DNA of 64,000 nucleotides. It comes from Planctomycetia bacterium (lineage in GTDB: Bacteria > Planctomycetota > Planctomycetia > Gemmatales > Gemmataceae). The stretch lies in the NCBI GenBank assembly GCA_005772955.1, contig SXID01000149.1, forward strand, positions 22,594-86,593, written 5' to 3'. Position numbers and translations under genes: made by a program. The first letter of the stretch is position 1, and the number at the start of each line of letters is the position of its first letter. Positions 28,971 to 38,496 of the stretch are shown here, one piece after another. Below the pieces are notes generated by a model. The model saw only the letters and a list, made by a program, of their open reading frames with translations. It had not been told where the DNA came from and did no database searches.

Positions 28971-29065
28971 CTTGGAGTCCCGCACGAGCGACGATGACGA
29001 CTTGATCAGCCTGGACGACCTACCGGGCGAAGCCCGGCGGCGGAGTGGTTCAATCACGGTGTTGC

Positions 29066-29252
29066 GGTGCGGGCGTGCCACCCGGTGCGAAACGTTCGAC
29101 TGACGAATCGCGACGTAATACCCCGCGACGAGTGATACGCACACCTCGCGGCGCTTCGCGGGTTACGTTGCGTTCAACCCATGTGGCACGGCGCGGGGTT
29201 TGATCCGTGGCTCCAGCAGTGGCTGCCTGGAACCACCGTGGTGGACCGCACC
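29066..29252 (-). ncRNA. Candidate 6S-like RNA (rod with central bubble, 187 nt)
   Basis: Closing helices GGTGCGG/CCGCACC, CCACC/GGTGG and CGGTG/CACCG; inner helices ACGAATC/GATCCGT and ACCCCGCG/CGCGGGGT. Strand inferred from a G-U versus A-C pairing. Confidence 0.45.
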
Positions 29253-29307
29253 TCATTCTGAAGGCGAAACGCTGCCTTTCGCCGCAAACGGCGAAGCAAA
29301 GACAGAC

Positions 29308-29883
29308 CTACTTGCCTTCCTTCGAACGGCGGAGGTACTTGCCGTCTTCCGTCTGCACTTCCACCAATTCGCCTTGCGTGATGAACGACGGTACCTGAAT
29401 GATCAGACCCGTTTCCAGCGTCGCGGCTTTCGTCTGTGCCGCAGCGGTCGCACCCTTGATGCCGGGTTCCGTCTCGATCACCTTCAGCGTCACCGTCTGC
29501 GGCAGTTCCATCGAGAGCGCCTTACTCTCGTAGAACGTGATCTTCACGTCATCGTTTTCGCGCAGATACTTCATCATGTCGCCGACCATGTCGCTCGGCA
29601 GCGTGACCGGCTCGAACGACTCCTTATCGACGAACACGTAGTCGTCGCCGTCCTTGTACGAGTACGTGTAGTCTTGCGTGTCGAGGTACACGACATCCAC
29701 TTTGTCGTCGGGGTGAACGCGCTCCTGCGTGATCGAACCCGTGGTCATGTTCTTGAGCTTGAGGTACAAGATCGCACGCCAGTTCCCCGGCGTATTGAGG
29801 TCGCGGTCGAGACAGTAGAAAAGCGTGCCGCCCATGTTCAGCACCATGCCGCGCCGGATGTCGATCATCTTCGTTGACGCCAC
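29308..29883 (-). CDS. efp: Translation elongation factor P
   Basis: TPGNWRA tip loop, YSYKDG, LPQTV.LKV.ETEPG.KG.T, K.ATLETGL.IQVP.FI..GE...V.T..G.Y..R. Confidence 0.97.
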   Translation of the reverse strand: MASTKMIDIRRGMVLNMGGTLFYCLDRDLNTPGNWRAILYLKLKNMTTGSITQERVHPDDKVDVVYLDTQDYTYSYKDGDDYVFVDKESFEPVTLPSDMVGDMMKYLRENDDVKITFYESKALSMELPQTVTLKVIETEPGIKGATAAAQTKAATLETGLIIQVPSFITQGELVEVQTEDGKYLRRSKEGK

Positions 29884-29964
29884 TGGAACCCTCCGTTGTG
29901 GGACTCCGCGCTCCGTGCGGAATGTCCCGGTCGTTGAAATCGCTCAATTGTCGTTCTAGCGGAA

Positions 29965-30071
29965 CAGTGGGCAGTAAACAGTGAGCAGTGGACGGAGAGG
30001 AAAGACCCGGCGGACAGAAGCGAGCGATATCTGCTTTCTCTATCTTATCTCCTGCCCACTGCCCACTGCCA
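29965..30071. repeat. Heptamer-periodic inverted repeat
   Basis: CAGTGGG CAGTAAA CAGTGAG CAGTGGA ... CTGCCCA CTGCCCA CTGCCAA. Confidence 0.8.
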
Positions 30072-30093
30072 ACGACACCCCAGAGGTGCCCTC

Positions 30094-32115
30094 ATGTTCG
30101 CGCTCCCCCGCGCTTTCGCTGCATCACTCTTCTTGACCGCTCTCGCTGCTCTCGCCGCGCTGCCCGCGAGCAACACGTTCGCGGACGGTCCGAAAGACAA
30201 CATCGCGACCCAGGTGCGCCCGGTCCCACCGCCCGGAAATGACATCCCGGCCGAAGACCTCGCGGACATCAAGAAGGGACTCGCGGAGCTTCAACAACTC
30301 ATCAACGACATCGGCAAGCACGAACTCCTGCCGGACGTGCTCGTCTACGAGAAGGCGGTGCGGTGGGCGATCGACTACAAGGAGATATATGACGGCAAAG
30401 GCGCGAAGCCGGCCACGAACGTGAAGAAGGCTCTCGCCGCGGGCCTCGAACGCGCGAAGGCGATGAAGGAAGGCAAGACGCCGTGGACCACGCAAACCGG
30501 CGGCGTGCTTCGCGCGTACAAGTCGAAGATCGACGGCAGCGTGCAACCGTACTGGCTCATCGTCCCGAAGGAATACGACTTCGCCGCAAATACAAAACAC
30601 CGGCTCGACTTCTGGTGGCACGGCCGGTACGAGAACACCGTCGAAGCGGGATTCATCGCCAACTCGCCCGGTTCGGGCGGCGGCATCATCCCCGCACCCG
30701 GCGTGCTCGTTCTTCACCCGTTCGGGCGATTCAGTAACGCGAACAAGTTCGCCGGCGAAATCGACACCTTCGAGTGCCTCGAACACGCGAAGAAACACTA
30801 CCGCATCGACGAGTCGCGGTTGGTGGCGCGCGGGTTCAGCATGGGCGGGGCCGCGTGCTGGCAGTACGGCGCGCACTATCCCACACTGTGGGCCGCGTGC
30901 GCGCCCGGTGCCGGGTTCAGCGAGACGCCGGAGTTCCTCAAGGTCTTCCAGAACGAGAAGCTTGAGCCGACGTGGTACGAAAAGAAACTGTGGCACATGT
31001 ACAACGCCAGCGACACCGCGCTGAACTTCTTCAACCTGCCCACCGTCGCGTACAGCGGTGAGATCGACTCGCAGAAACAAGCCGCCGACGTGATGGCCCG
31101 CGAGTTCAAGAAGGTTGGGTTGGAACTCAAGCACATCATCGGTCCGAAGACTGGGCACAGCTACGAGAAGGGCGCGAAGGAGGAGGTCAACAAGCTCATC
31201 GACGCGGTCGTGGAGAAGGGCAAGCCCGCGGTGCCGAAGGAGATCAAGTTCACGACGTACACGTTGCGCTACAACCAGTGCGCGTGGTTGTCGGTGCTTC
31301 GACTTGAGAAGCACTGGTCCGAGGCGACGGTGAGCGGAACGTACAAGGACGGAAAGGTCGAGTTGAAAGCGACCGGCGCGTCGGTGTTACGGCTCACGCT
31401 CCCGACGGAACCCAAGAACGGCGTCGTCATCAACGGTGAGCGGGCGGAGGCCCTCTGGCGAAATTCAGGCGAGGGCGTGACCGCGTCGTTTGAGAAGGCC
31501 GAAGGGAAGAAGTGGGGCATCCCCGGGAGTACACTTTACGTCCCCAAAAAGCCCGGCCTTCAAGGCCCGATTGACGACGCGTTCATGGACTCGTTCGTGA
31601 TGGTGAAGCCGAGCGGTCGCCCGATGAACGCGAAGACCGCGGAGTGGGCCGAGAAGGAGATGAAGCACGCTGCCGATCACTGGCGCAAGCAGTTCCGCGG
31701 CGACGCGCCGATGAAGGCCGATACCGAGATCAAGGAAGCCGACATCGCGAACAGCAACCTCATCTTGTGGGGCGACCCCATGAGCAACGCGGTTCTCGCC
31801 AAGATCGCGGACAAACTGCCTATAAAGTGGACCAGCAAGGGCATCACGATCGGCAAGGATACCTATGAAGCGGGTACACACGTCCCGGTGCTGATCTACC
31901 CGAACCCGCTGAACCCGTCGAAGTATGTCGTCATCAACAGCGGGTTCACGTTCCGCGAGTACGACTACCTGAACAACGCGCGCCAGGTGTCGAAGTTGCC
32001 CGACTACGCGGTGATCGACACCACCACGCCGCCGGACGCGCGCTACCCCGGCAAGGTCGTGCGTGCCGGCTTCTTCGGCGAGAAGTGGGAGTTATTGGAG
32101 AACGACGGGAAGTAG
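30094..32115 (+). CDS. Secreted alpha/beta-hydrolase (prolyl oligopeptidase/esterase-like, planctomycete family)
   Basis: Signal peptide; SKIDGSVQPY; GFSMGG; GH. Confidence 0.8.
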   Translation: MFALPRAFAASLFLTALAALAALPASNTFADGPKDNIATQVRPVPPPGNDIPAEDLADIKKGLAELQQLINDIGKHELLPDVLVYEKAVRWAIDYKEIYDGKGAKPATNVKKALAAGLERAKAMKEGKTPWTTQTGGVLRAYKSKIDGSVQPYWLIVPKEYDFAANTKHRLDFWWHGRYENTVEAGFIANSPGSGGGIIPAPGVLVLHPFGRFSNANKFAGEIDTFECLEHAKKHYRIDESRLVARGFSMGGAACWQYGAHYPTLWAACAPGAGFSETPEFLKVFQNEKLEPTWYEKKLWHMYNASDTALNFFNLPTVAYSGEIDSQKQAADVMAREFKKVGLELKHIIGPKTGHSYEKGAKEEVNKLIDAVVEKGKPAVPKEIKFTTYTLRYNQCAWLSVLRLEKHWSEATVSGTYKDGKVELKATGASVLRLTLPTEPKNGVVINGERAEALWRNSGEGVTASFEKAEGKKWGIPGSTLYVPKKPGLQGPIDDAFMDSFVMVKPSGRPMNAKTAEWAEKEMKHAADHWRKQFRGDAPMKADTEIKEADIANSNLILWGDPMSNAVLAKIADKLPIKWTSKGITIGKDTYEAGTHVPVLIYPNPLNPSKYVVINSGFTFREYDYLNNARQVSKLPDYAVIDTTTPPDARYPGKVVRAGFFGEKWELLENDGK

Positions 32116-32123
32116 GTCAAACA

Positions 32124-32244
32124 ACCCCTCCCCAACCCCTCCCCTAAGAAGGGAGGGGCTTCAAACCGAAGACAAGGTTCTTCGCGTTTGTCTTTCGCTT
32201 TGCTCCCCCTTCCTTCTTAGGGAAGGGGGTTGGGGGGTTAGGTT
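32124..32244. repeat. Intergenic copy of the palindromic element found in aas, ispA and lnt
   Basis: AACCCCTCCCCAACCCCTCCCCTAAGAAGGGAGGGGC...GCTCCCCCTTCCTTCTTAGGGAAGGGGGTTGGGGGGTTAGGTT. Confidence 0.9.
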
Positions 32245-32258
32245 CTTCAGGAGTCCAC

Positions 32259-34079
32259 ATGCCCAGCATCCGGGTTATCCTCGCCGCGCTGTTCACAATG
32301 GCGCTCGTCGCGGGCGTCGGCGGATACTTCCTGCTGCGCCCACCGGTGTCGAAGCCTGGGCCGCGGCACGGCGAACCGCCGATCGATCCGGTCCCGCCCG
32401 TCAGCGGCAACCCGAAGTCTGCCACCGAGCAGCCCAAACTTGTCGTACTCGTAGTGTTCGACCAGATGCGCGGCGACTACCTCACACGCTGGGCCGAACA
32501 CTACGGCCCCGACGGCTTCGAGCGCATCAAGAAAGAGGGCGTCTGGTTCAGTGAGTGCCACGTCCCCTACGCTTGCACCTCGACCGGGCCGGGGCACGCG
32601 TCGCTCTCCACCGGCGCGGCGCCGAGTGTTCACGGCATCATCGAGAACGTCTGGTACGACCGTGAGAAGAAGGCGGCCGTGTACTGCTGCCAGCCGACGA
32701 AGCGCGAGTATGACCTTATCCCACCCGTGCCGCCAGAACTTGGCAAGCCCAGCCGCGGGTCGGCCGCAGGCTACTCACCAGAGCGCCTGCTCGCGCAGAC
32801 CGTCGCGGACTCGCTTCACGACGCGACCAAAGGCAAGGGTCGCACGTTCTCGCTCTCCTTGAAAGACCGCACCGCGGTGCTCATGGGTGGGCAGAAACCG
32901 ACCGGCGCGTACTGCTTCGACACCCGCGACGGCAAGTTCCACACCGGCGCGTTCTACGGGCGCGACGCCGCGCACCCGTGGGTGACCGAGTTCAACGCCG
33001 CGAAGCCCGCCGACGCGTGGTTCGATAAGAAGTGGGACAAACTGAAACCCAGTCTCGACTACGCGAAGCACAGTGGCCCGGACGATGCGCCCGGTGAGGC
33101 GGCTTGGTTCAACTGGCAGAACCGCACGTTCCCACGCGACTTCAAGGGCAAACTGACCGCGCCCGCCGCGCCGTACTACGCCGCGGTGGAGGCGTCACCG
33201 TTCGGCAACGAGTTGCTCCTGGGTCTGGCGAAGAAGGCCGTGACCGCGGAGAAACTCGGGCGCGGTGAAACCCCGGACCTGCTGTGCGTCAGCTTCTCCT
33301 CAACCGACCTCGTCGGGCACCAGTACGGCCCCGACTCGCAAGAAGTGTTCGACGTGACGCTCCGCGCCGACAAACTCGTCGGTGAGTTCCTCACGTTCCT
33401 CGACACGGAAGTCGGAAAGGGAAAATACGTGCTGGTGATCGCGGCCGACCACGGCGTTTGCCCGCTACCGGAGCTTGCCTCATCGAAGGAGAAGTACCCG
33501 GCCGCGAAGCGCACGCCGGTGAAGGAACTCGCCGACGGCCTCGACGCCGCTCTTAACGCCATGCACAACACACTGACCGATCCCCCGACGAGGTGGGTCG
33601 AGGCGTTCGACGACGACATCTGGCCGTGGGTGCATCTGAATCACAAGACCATCGAGGCGCGGAAGCTGAAGCTCGAAGACGTGGCGAACGCGGCGCGCGA
33701 CTATCTCACCGGTCGCGTGTACATCGAAACAGCGTACACGCGCAAGGAACTCGAAGACGGCCAGTTCCCGGCGGACAAGCCATTCAAGAAGTCCGCGGCG
33801 CTCGCGTACCACCCAGACCGATGTGGCGACGTGATCGTGATCCCGAAGGCCGGTGTGCTGGTCACGAAGTACCCTGCCGGCACAAGCCACGGCAGCCCAC
33901 ACTACTACGACACACACGTTCCGTTCCTGGTCTACGGGGCCGGTGTGCCGGCACTGGGCAAGCGCACGGAGGAGGTATCGTCGCTGCGAATCGCGCCGAC
34001 GCTCGCGTGGGCGCTGGGCGTGCCGGCGCCGAAGCAAGCGGCGCTGGACCGACCGGACGCGATCGTGGGGAAGAAGTGA
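32259..34079 (+). CDS. Alkaline phosphatase superfamily protein (PafA-like)
   Basis: VVFDQMRGD, TGPGHA (Thr nucleophile), D.VGH..GP, ADHG, SHGSP. Confidence 0.9.
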   Translation: MPSIRVILAALFTMALVAGVGGYFLLRPPVSKPGPRHGEPPIDPVPPVSGNPKSATEQPKLVVLVVFDQMRGDYLTRWAEHYGPDGFERIKKEGVWFSECHVPYACTSTGPGHASLSTGAAPSVHGIIENVWYDREKKAAVYCCQPTKREYDLIPPVPPELGKPSRGSAAGYSPERLLAQTVADSLHDATKGKGRTFSLSLKDRTAVLMGGQKPTGAYCFDTRDGKFHTGAFYGRDAAHPWVTEFNAAKPADAWFDKKWDKLKPSLDYAKHSGPDDAPGEAAWFNWQNRTFPRDFKGKLTAPAAPYYAAVEASPFGNELLLGLAKKAVTAEKLGRGETPDLLCVSFSSTDLVGHQYGPDSQEVFDVTLRADKLVGEFLTFLDTEVGKGKYVLVIAADHGVCPLPELASSKEKYPAAKRTPVKELADGLDAALNAMHNTLTDPPTRWVEAFDDDIWPWVHLNHKTIEARKLKLEDVANAARDYLTGRVYIETAYTRKELEDGQFPADKPFKKSAALAYHPDRCGDVIVIPKAGVLVTKYPAGTSHGSPHYYDTHVPFLVYGAGVPALGKRTEEVSSLRIAPTLAWALGVPAPKQAALDRPDAIVGKK

Positions 34080-34193
34080 GTGGTGGTTCTGGGTGATCCC
34101 CGGAGGGCAACGCCGTGAGGGATTATTCTGCTTGAATCTGGGGCTTTTAGAGCGCTTTCAGGAAACGCGCTCTAAAACCAGGACGCGCCTCTG

Positions 34194-35033
34194 TTACTTC
34201 TCGATGTCCTTCAGCCTCTTCTGAATCGCGGCGGCTTCTTCTTCCAGCGCCTTGTGTTCCTTCGTCACCTTCGCCAGAACCTCTTTGGCCTCCTTCACCT
34301 TTGCTTCGGCCGTTGGGATGAAGTCGGCCGTGACCCGCCCCCGCTTTGCGATGTCTTTACGCTTGGCGAGTTCAGCTTCAGCGACCTTCACCTCGGCTTC
34401 GGCCTTCTTCGCCTCGGCCGCGATCTTGTCGGCCGAAGCCTGCACTTTCGCGAGCTTGGCCTTCAGTTCGGCAACTTCCTTTTCGTCGGCGGCGAAGCGG
34501 ACCTGTGGGAGTGGGTCCACGGCCTTCGGATCGATCGGCAGCGGACGGATGAGGCCCGGCGCGGGGCGCACGCCGCCGAGCTTCGCGTCGTCGAGCCTTT
34601 TCTTCGCGTGCTTCACCTTCACGTCGCTTTCCTTCAGCTCGGCGATCTTGATCTCGACCTGCGCCTTGGCGAGTTCAACATCCACCTTCGCCTTCTCGGC
34701 TTCTTCCTTGGAAATCGACCCTTTGGCTGCGAGTTGGTTCACCCGTTCGGCGTTCAACTCGGCCGCGCGCACACCGATCTCGGCGGCCTTCACGTGAGCT
34801 TTCTTCACGTCGCGCTGAGCTTCGACCGTTTCGAACTCTTCTTCCAACTGTGCCATCTTCAGGGCAGTCACCGCAACCGGGCGAATTGGCAGCGGCAGCA
34901 CCGGCTGCACGGGCTTCGGCAGCACGGCCTTCGGCACCGGCTGCGCGGGCTGTACCGGCTTCGCGTCTTCGGCGTTGACCACCAGACCAGCGACCAGCAC
35001 GCACGCGGTCGCCGCGATCATCATTCGACGCAT
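34194..35033 (-). CDS. Secreted coiled-coil protein
   Basis: Signal peptide, Pro-rich segments, two helical-hairpin-like segments. Confidence 0.7.
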   Translation of the reverse strand: MRRMMIAATACVLVAGLVVNAEDAKPVQPAQPVPKAVLPKPVQPVLPLPIRPVAVTALKMAQLEEEFETVEAQRDVKKAHVKAAEIGVRAAELNAERVNQLAAKGSISKEEAEKAKVDVELAKAQVEIKIAELKESDVKVKHAKKRLDDAKLGGVRPAPGLIRPLPIDPKAVDPLPQVRFAADEKEVAELKAKLAKVQASADKIAAEAKKAEAEVKVAEAELAKRKDIAKRGRVTADFIPTAEAKVKEAKEVLAKVTKEHKALEEEAAAIQKRLKDIEK

Positions 35034-35141
35034 TGCATGTCCTCCAGTGGTGTCGGCTCAGAACGATTCGGGGGAGAGCCGAATGTTAACCCTAACATCA
35101 TAAGGAATGCGGGGGGTTGAATGCGAGAGGCTGTCACGCGG

Positions 35142-36428
35142 TTAGCGGGTCGGGTCGAGGACGCGACCCATGAACAGCACGGTCCCGGTCGGCTCATGCT
35201 TGATGACGAACACGAACGGGTGATCCGCGCGAAACTCGTTGACCAACGCCGGCTCCGGTCCCGCTGCGGACCGCCCGAACATCACGACCGCCGTGGCCGC
35301 AGCCGCCTCGGTGCCCTCTTCGTCAAGTTCCACGAACGCCTTGTGAATCACGCGGCCGATGTACAGTCCTTCGGGGTGTTCGGTCATTCCCGTGAAGTTC
35401 GCTTTCGACGCGTCGAACGCTTCCTTCATCCCCATCTTTTGCAGCGTGGTCGCGAGTTCGGTTGGCACGCTGAACTTGAATTTCGGTAGCCACACCTTCG
35501 CCTCGACAAGCGGTGACTTCAGCGGACCGCGTGTCCACTTCGCGATGTTCTCGGCGGTCAACTGCTGCTCCAGCGCGGGCAATCCGTCGGCCGTTCGCGG
35601 GAGCAGCACATACATCGAAGCGGGGCCATTGTAAGGCAATCGCAGCACCTGAAGCCCGTCCAGTTCCTGAAGCCAGAATTCGCCCTTCTGATGCATGAGT
35701 GGCGTTTGAATCTTCTGACCGGTGGCGAGCGTGAAGTCTTCCGGCCGGGTGTTGGTCTTCTTGAACGCTTCGGCCCAGCGCGCCTTGAAGTAGATCGCGT
35801 TCGCGACGACGAGGCGTGTGTTGCCGCTGATGCCATCGGGTGGAACCAGATCCTTGATGTGATCGCGCGTCTGGTTCTCGACCCACTTGTTGATGCGCCC
35901 GCGTGCGGCTTCCGGTTCGTGAGCGAAGTCCGCCCCGGATAACGTGGCGCGGAAATCGTGCTGCGCGAGCGCCAGGTACTCTTTCTTCCACGAATCACCC
36001 TTCTGGAGCCACAGCGAGTTGGCGACGAGCAGTTCCGACGTCATCACGCTCTCCTTACCTCGGCCGCTCCACACGCTCGCTCTCGTGCCGTTGGTCATCG
36101 CGCCGTACGCGGGTCCGACCTTCGCGCCGGGCGGTAGGTGCAACACCGATTCCATCTCCGTTCGCGTGTTCCCCTGTGCCCCAGCCGCAGTCAGTGAGAG
36201 CGCGGCGCTCACGCTGTACGGCGAGACGATCAGGTTCCCGTTCTCGGTTCGGAGTTGGCCGTAGAGATCGGCGGCGAACGCATTGACGCCGTCAGCCGCG
36301 ACCTTCGCAGTCTTCGCGTCCTCGGAAGTGTTGGGCCGCGAGGTAAGTGGCGGAAGCGGGGAAGGCAGCGTACACGCGACCACCGCCAGAAGCGCAACTG
36401 GCACCAGCGCGACGCGCAGGCGAAGCAT
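35142..36428 (-). CDS. Serpin (probable lipoprotein)
   Basis: SPYSVS, NAIYFKARW, HKAFVELDEEGTEAAAAT hinge, FRADHPF.F.I......LF.GR. Confidence 0.95.
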   Translation of the reverse strand: MLRLRVALVPVALLAVVACTLPSPLPPLTSRPNTSEDAKTAKVAADGVNAFAADLYGQLRTENGNLIVSPYSVSAALSLTAAGAQGNTRTEMESVLHLPPGAKVGPAYGAMTNGTRASVWSGRGKESVMTSELLVANSLWLQKGDSWKKEYLALAQHDFRATLSGADFAHEPEAARGRINKWVENQTRDHIKDLVPPDGISGNTRLVVANAIYFKARWAEAFKKTNTRPEDFTLATGQKIQTPLMHQKGEFWLQELDGLQVLRLPYNGPASMYVLLPRTADGLPALEQQLTAENIAKWTRGPLKSPLVEAKVWLPKFKFSVPTELATTLQKMGMKEAFDASKANFTGMTEHPEGLYIGRVIHKAFVELDEEGTEAAAATAVVMFGRSAAGPEPALVNEFRADHPFVFVIKHEPTGTVLFMGRVLDPTR

Positions 36429-36604
36429 TCGGAACCCTCGCGACGTGGAAACGGCACCTCACCGCGCGACTCCATACCCGATTCGGATTCGCGTTGCACC
36501 GTCAACTCAAAGAGGTTTCGCCATTTTCAATGCGCGCCGCGTGTGCGATGCTGGAACGGTTCGCGCTCCCCTTCGGGTCGCGGCTAACCGCCAGGGCTTC
36601 TTTC

Positions 36605-38017
36605 ATGCGTCGCCTTGCACTGCTCCTTCCCCTCTCACTCTCCCCCCTGCTCCTTGTCTCGCCTTCCTCCTCGGCGCCGCCGCTTGCGGCCGAGCTTCCC
36701 GCCGCGAAGGACATCGTTCGCTACGGCGAGGGCTACCGCTATCCGCAAGCCGGGTGGGTGGTGCTGCACATTGAGGGCGAACCGTACCCGCGCGGCTATC
36801 AACACGGAAAGTTGCTGGCGAAGGAGATCGCCGCCTACATTCGGATGCTCGCGACCGAGCGCAGCGTGAAAGCCCCCGCCGACGGATGGAAGTCCGCACG
36901 TCAACTCGCGAACGTGCTGTTCATGCGCAAGATCGACCGCGAAGTGCTGGAAGAGATGAAGGGCATCGCAGACGGCGCGACCGACGCCGGGGCGAGTTAC
37001 GACAATCGCGACATTGACTTGCTCGATGTGGTCGTGCTGAACACGTGGATGGAGATCGTGTGCCTCGATTCAGCGCTCGACACGATGCCCACGGGCCTCG
37101 AGGGCAAGGTATTCCCGCGACCGGGGCTGCCCAAAGCGCCGGCCCCGCGACCGAAGAAGCAAGATCACTGTTCGGCGTTCATCGCGACCGGAGCTGCAAC
37201 CTCAGACGGGAAGATCGTGTTCGGGCACATCACGATGGCCGGGCTGACCGCAGGGCCGTTCGTGAACGTGTGGATCGACGTCGTGCCGAAGAAAGGCCGC
37301 CGATTCGTGATGCAGGCGTTCCCCGGCGGTGTGTGGTCGAGCCAGGATTACTACATCAACGACGCCGGCATTCTGCTGTGCGAAACGACCATCAATCAGA
37401 CGCCGTTCGACGCAACCGGGATGTCGCTCGCGAGCCGCGCACGCAAAGCCATTCAGTACGGCGAGAGCATCGACGCGGTGGTAAAGACGCTCTCCGAGAA
37501 GAACAACGGGCTGTACTCGAACGAGTGGCTCATCGGCGACCTGAACACCAACGAGATTGCGATGTTCGAACTGGGCACGAAGGCCAGCAAACTGTGGCGG
37601 AGTTCCAAGAACGAGTGGTTCGAGAACACGAAGGGCTTCTACTGGGGCAACAACAACGCGAAGGATTTGGCGGTGCGGTTCGAGGCACTCCCGGCAGACG
37701 CCGCCGACAAGCCGGACAAGTTCGAGTGGGAAGCGGACGAACGCGATAAAGCGTGGCTAGCGTTCTACAAGAAGCACGCGGGGAAAATCGACGCGTCCGC
37801 GGCGAAGAAGGCGTTCACCGACGAGACGCTCGCGCAAGACACATCGCTGGACGCGAAGTACACGACAGCGGACCTGGCGAAGAAACTCGCGACGCACGCA
37901 ATGTACGGCCCGCCGACTGGCAAAGCCTGGAAGCCAACCGACGAGCAGAAGCGCGACCACCCCGAAATCGTGACGCTCGAACCGCACCCGTGGACGGTGC
38001 TCACTGCCCCGCGGTGA
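36605..38017 (+). CDS. Ntn-hydrolase, C45 peptidase / phospholipase B-like
   Basis: Signal peptide; G.PY.RGYQHG; autoproteolytic HCSAF; NNGLYSNEWLIGD. Confidence 0.8.
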   Translation: MRRLALLLPLSLSPLLLVSPSSSAPPLAAELPAAKDIVRYGEGYRYPQAGWVVLHIEGEPYPRGYQHGKLLAKEIAAYIRMLATERSVKAPADGWKSARQLANVLFMRKIDREVLEEMKGIADGATDAGASYDNRDIDLLDVVVLNTWMEIVCLDSALDTMPTGLEGKVFPRPGLPKAPAPRPKKQDHCSAFIATGAATSDGKIVFGHITMAGLTAGPFVNVWIDVVPKKGRRFVMQAFPGGVWSSQDYYINDAGILLCETTINQTPFDATGMSLASRARKAIQYGESIDAVVKTLSEKNNGLYSNEWLIGDLNTNEIAMFELGTKASKLWRSSKNEWFENTKGFYWGNNNAKDLAVRFEALPADAADKPDKFEWEADERDKAWLAFYKKHAGKIDASAAKKAFTDETLAQDTSLDAKYTTADLAKKLATHAMYGPPTGKAWKPTDEQKRDHPEIVTLEPHPWTVLTAPR

Positions 38018-38040
38018 GGTGAGTTGAAGTCTCAAGTCCG

Positions 38041-38088
38041 CAGGTCTCAAGTCGAAGACAGATACCTCGGTCTTCGACTTGAGACCTG
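38041..38088. terminator. 19-bp perfect stem between convergent genes
   Basis: CAGGTCTCAAGTCGAAGAC / GTCTTCGACTTGAGACCTG. Confidence 0.65.
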
Positions 38089-38091
38089 TGA

Positions 38092-38400
38092 CTACTTCTT
38101 TTCGCCGGCATCCTTGATCTCGACCACCTTGCCCTTGGCGAGCGTCGTCTTGAGCGACTCGACCTCTTTCAGCGCCTCGTCCTTCTTCTCGTAGCCCTGC
38201 ATCCCTACCGCGACCGACTTGCCCTCCGCGTTCTTGACGCGGAACCGCCAGCCGTCCTTCGCCTTGTAGACCTCGACCGTACCGACCTCCTCTTTCTTAT
38301 CCTTGTCCTTTTGGAAGGCCGGTGCGGAGGACAACCCGCCGGCCGCGACCAGCGCAGCGATGGCAGCGAACAGCACGAACGAACGGAACGCGACACGCAT
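38092..38400 (-). CDS. YegP/DUF1508 family protein with signal peptide
   Basis: EVYKAKDGWRFRVKNAEGKSVA...GYEKKDEA. Confidence 0.8.
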   Translation of the reverse strand: MRVAFRSFVLFAAIAALVAAGGLSSAPAFQKDKDKKEEVGTVEVYKAKDGWRFRVKNAEGKSVAVGMQGYEKKDEALKEVESLKTTLAKGKVVEIKDAGEKK

Positions 38401-38496
38401 TTGGAGAACTCGCAGGGGAGGAACGCCACGGCGAGTCCGCGGCGCGAGTGGGATTATCGCACGCGAGAGGTTGAGCCACAAGAAACCGTAAGGCAT

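Noticed and set aside
29088-29110. Hammerhead ribozyme (CGAAAC ... CTGACGA)
   Set aside because: Only 7 nt separate GAAA and CUGA, too few for stems III and I; no valid permutation.
29041-29300. tmRNA or tRNA (GGTTCAATC and GCGAAACGTTCGAC motifs)
   Set aside because: No acceptor stem, CCA end or tag frame at suitable distances.
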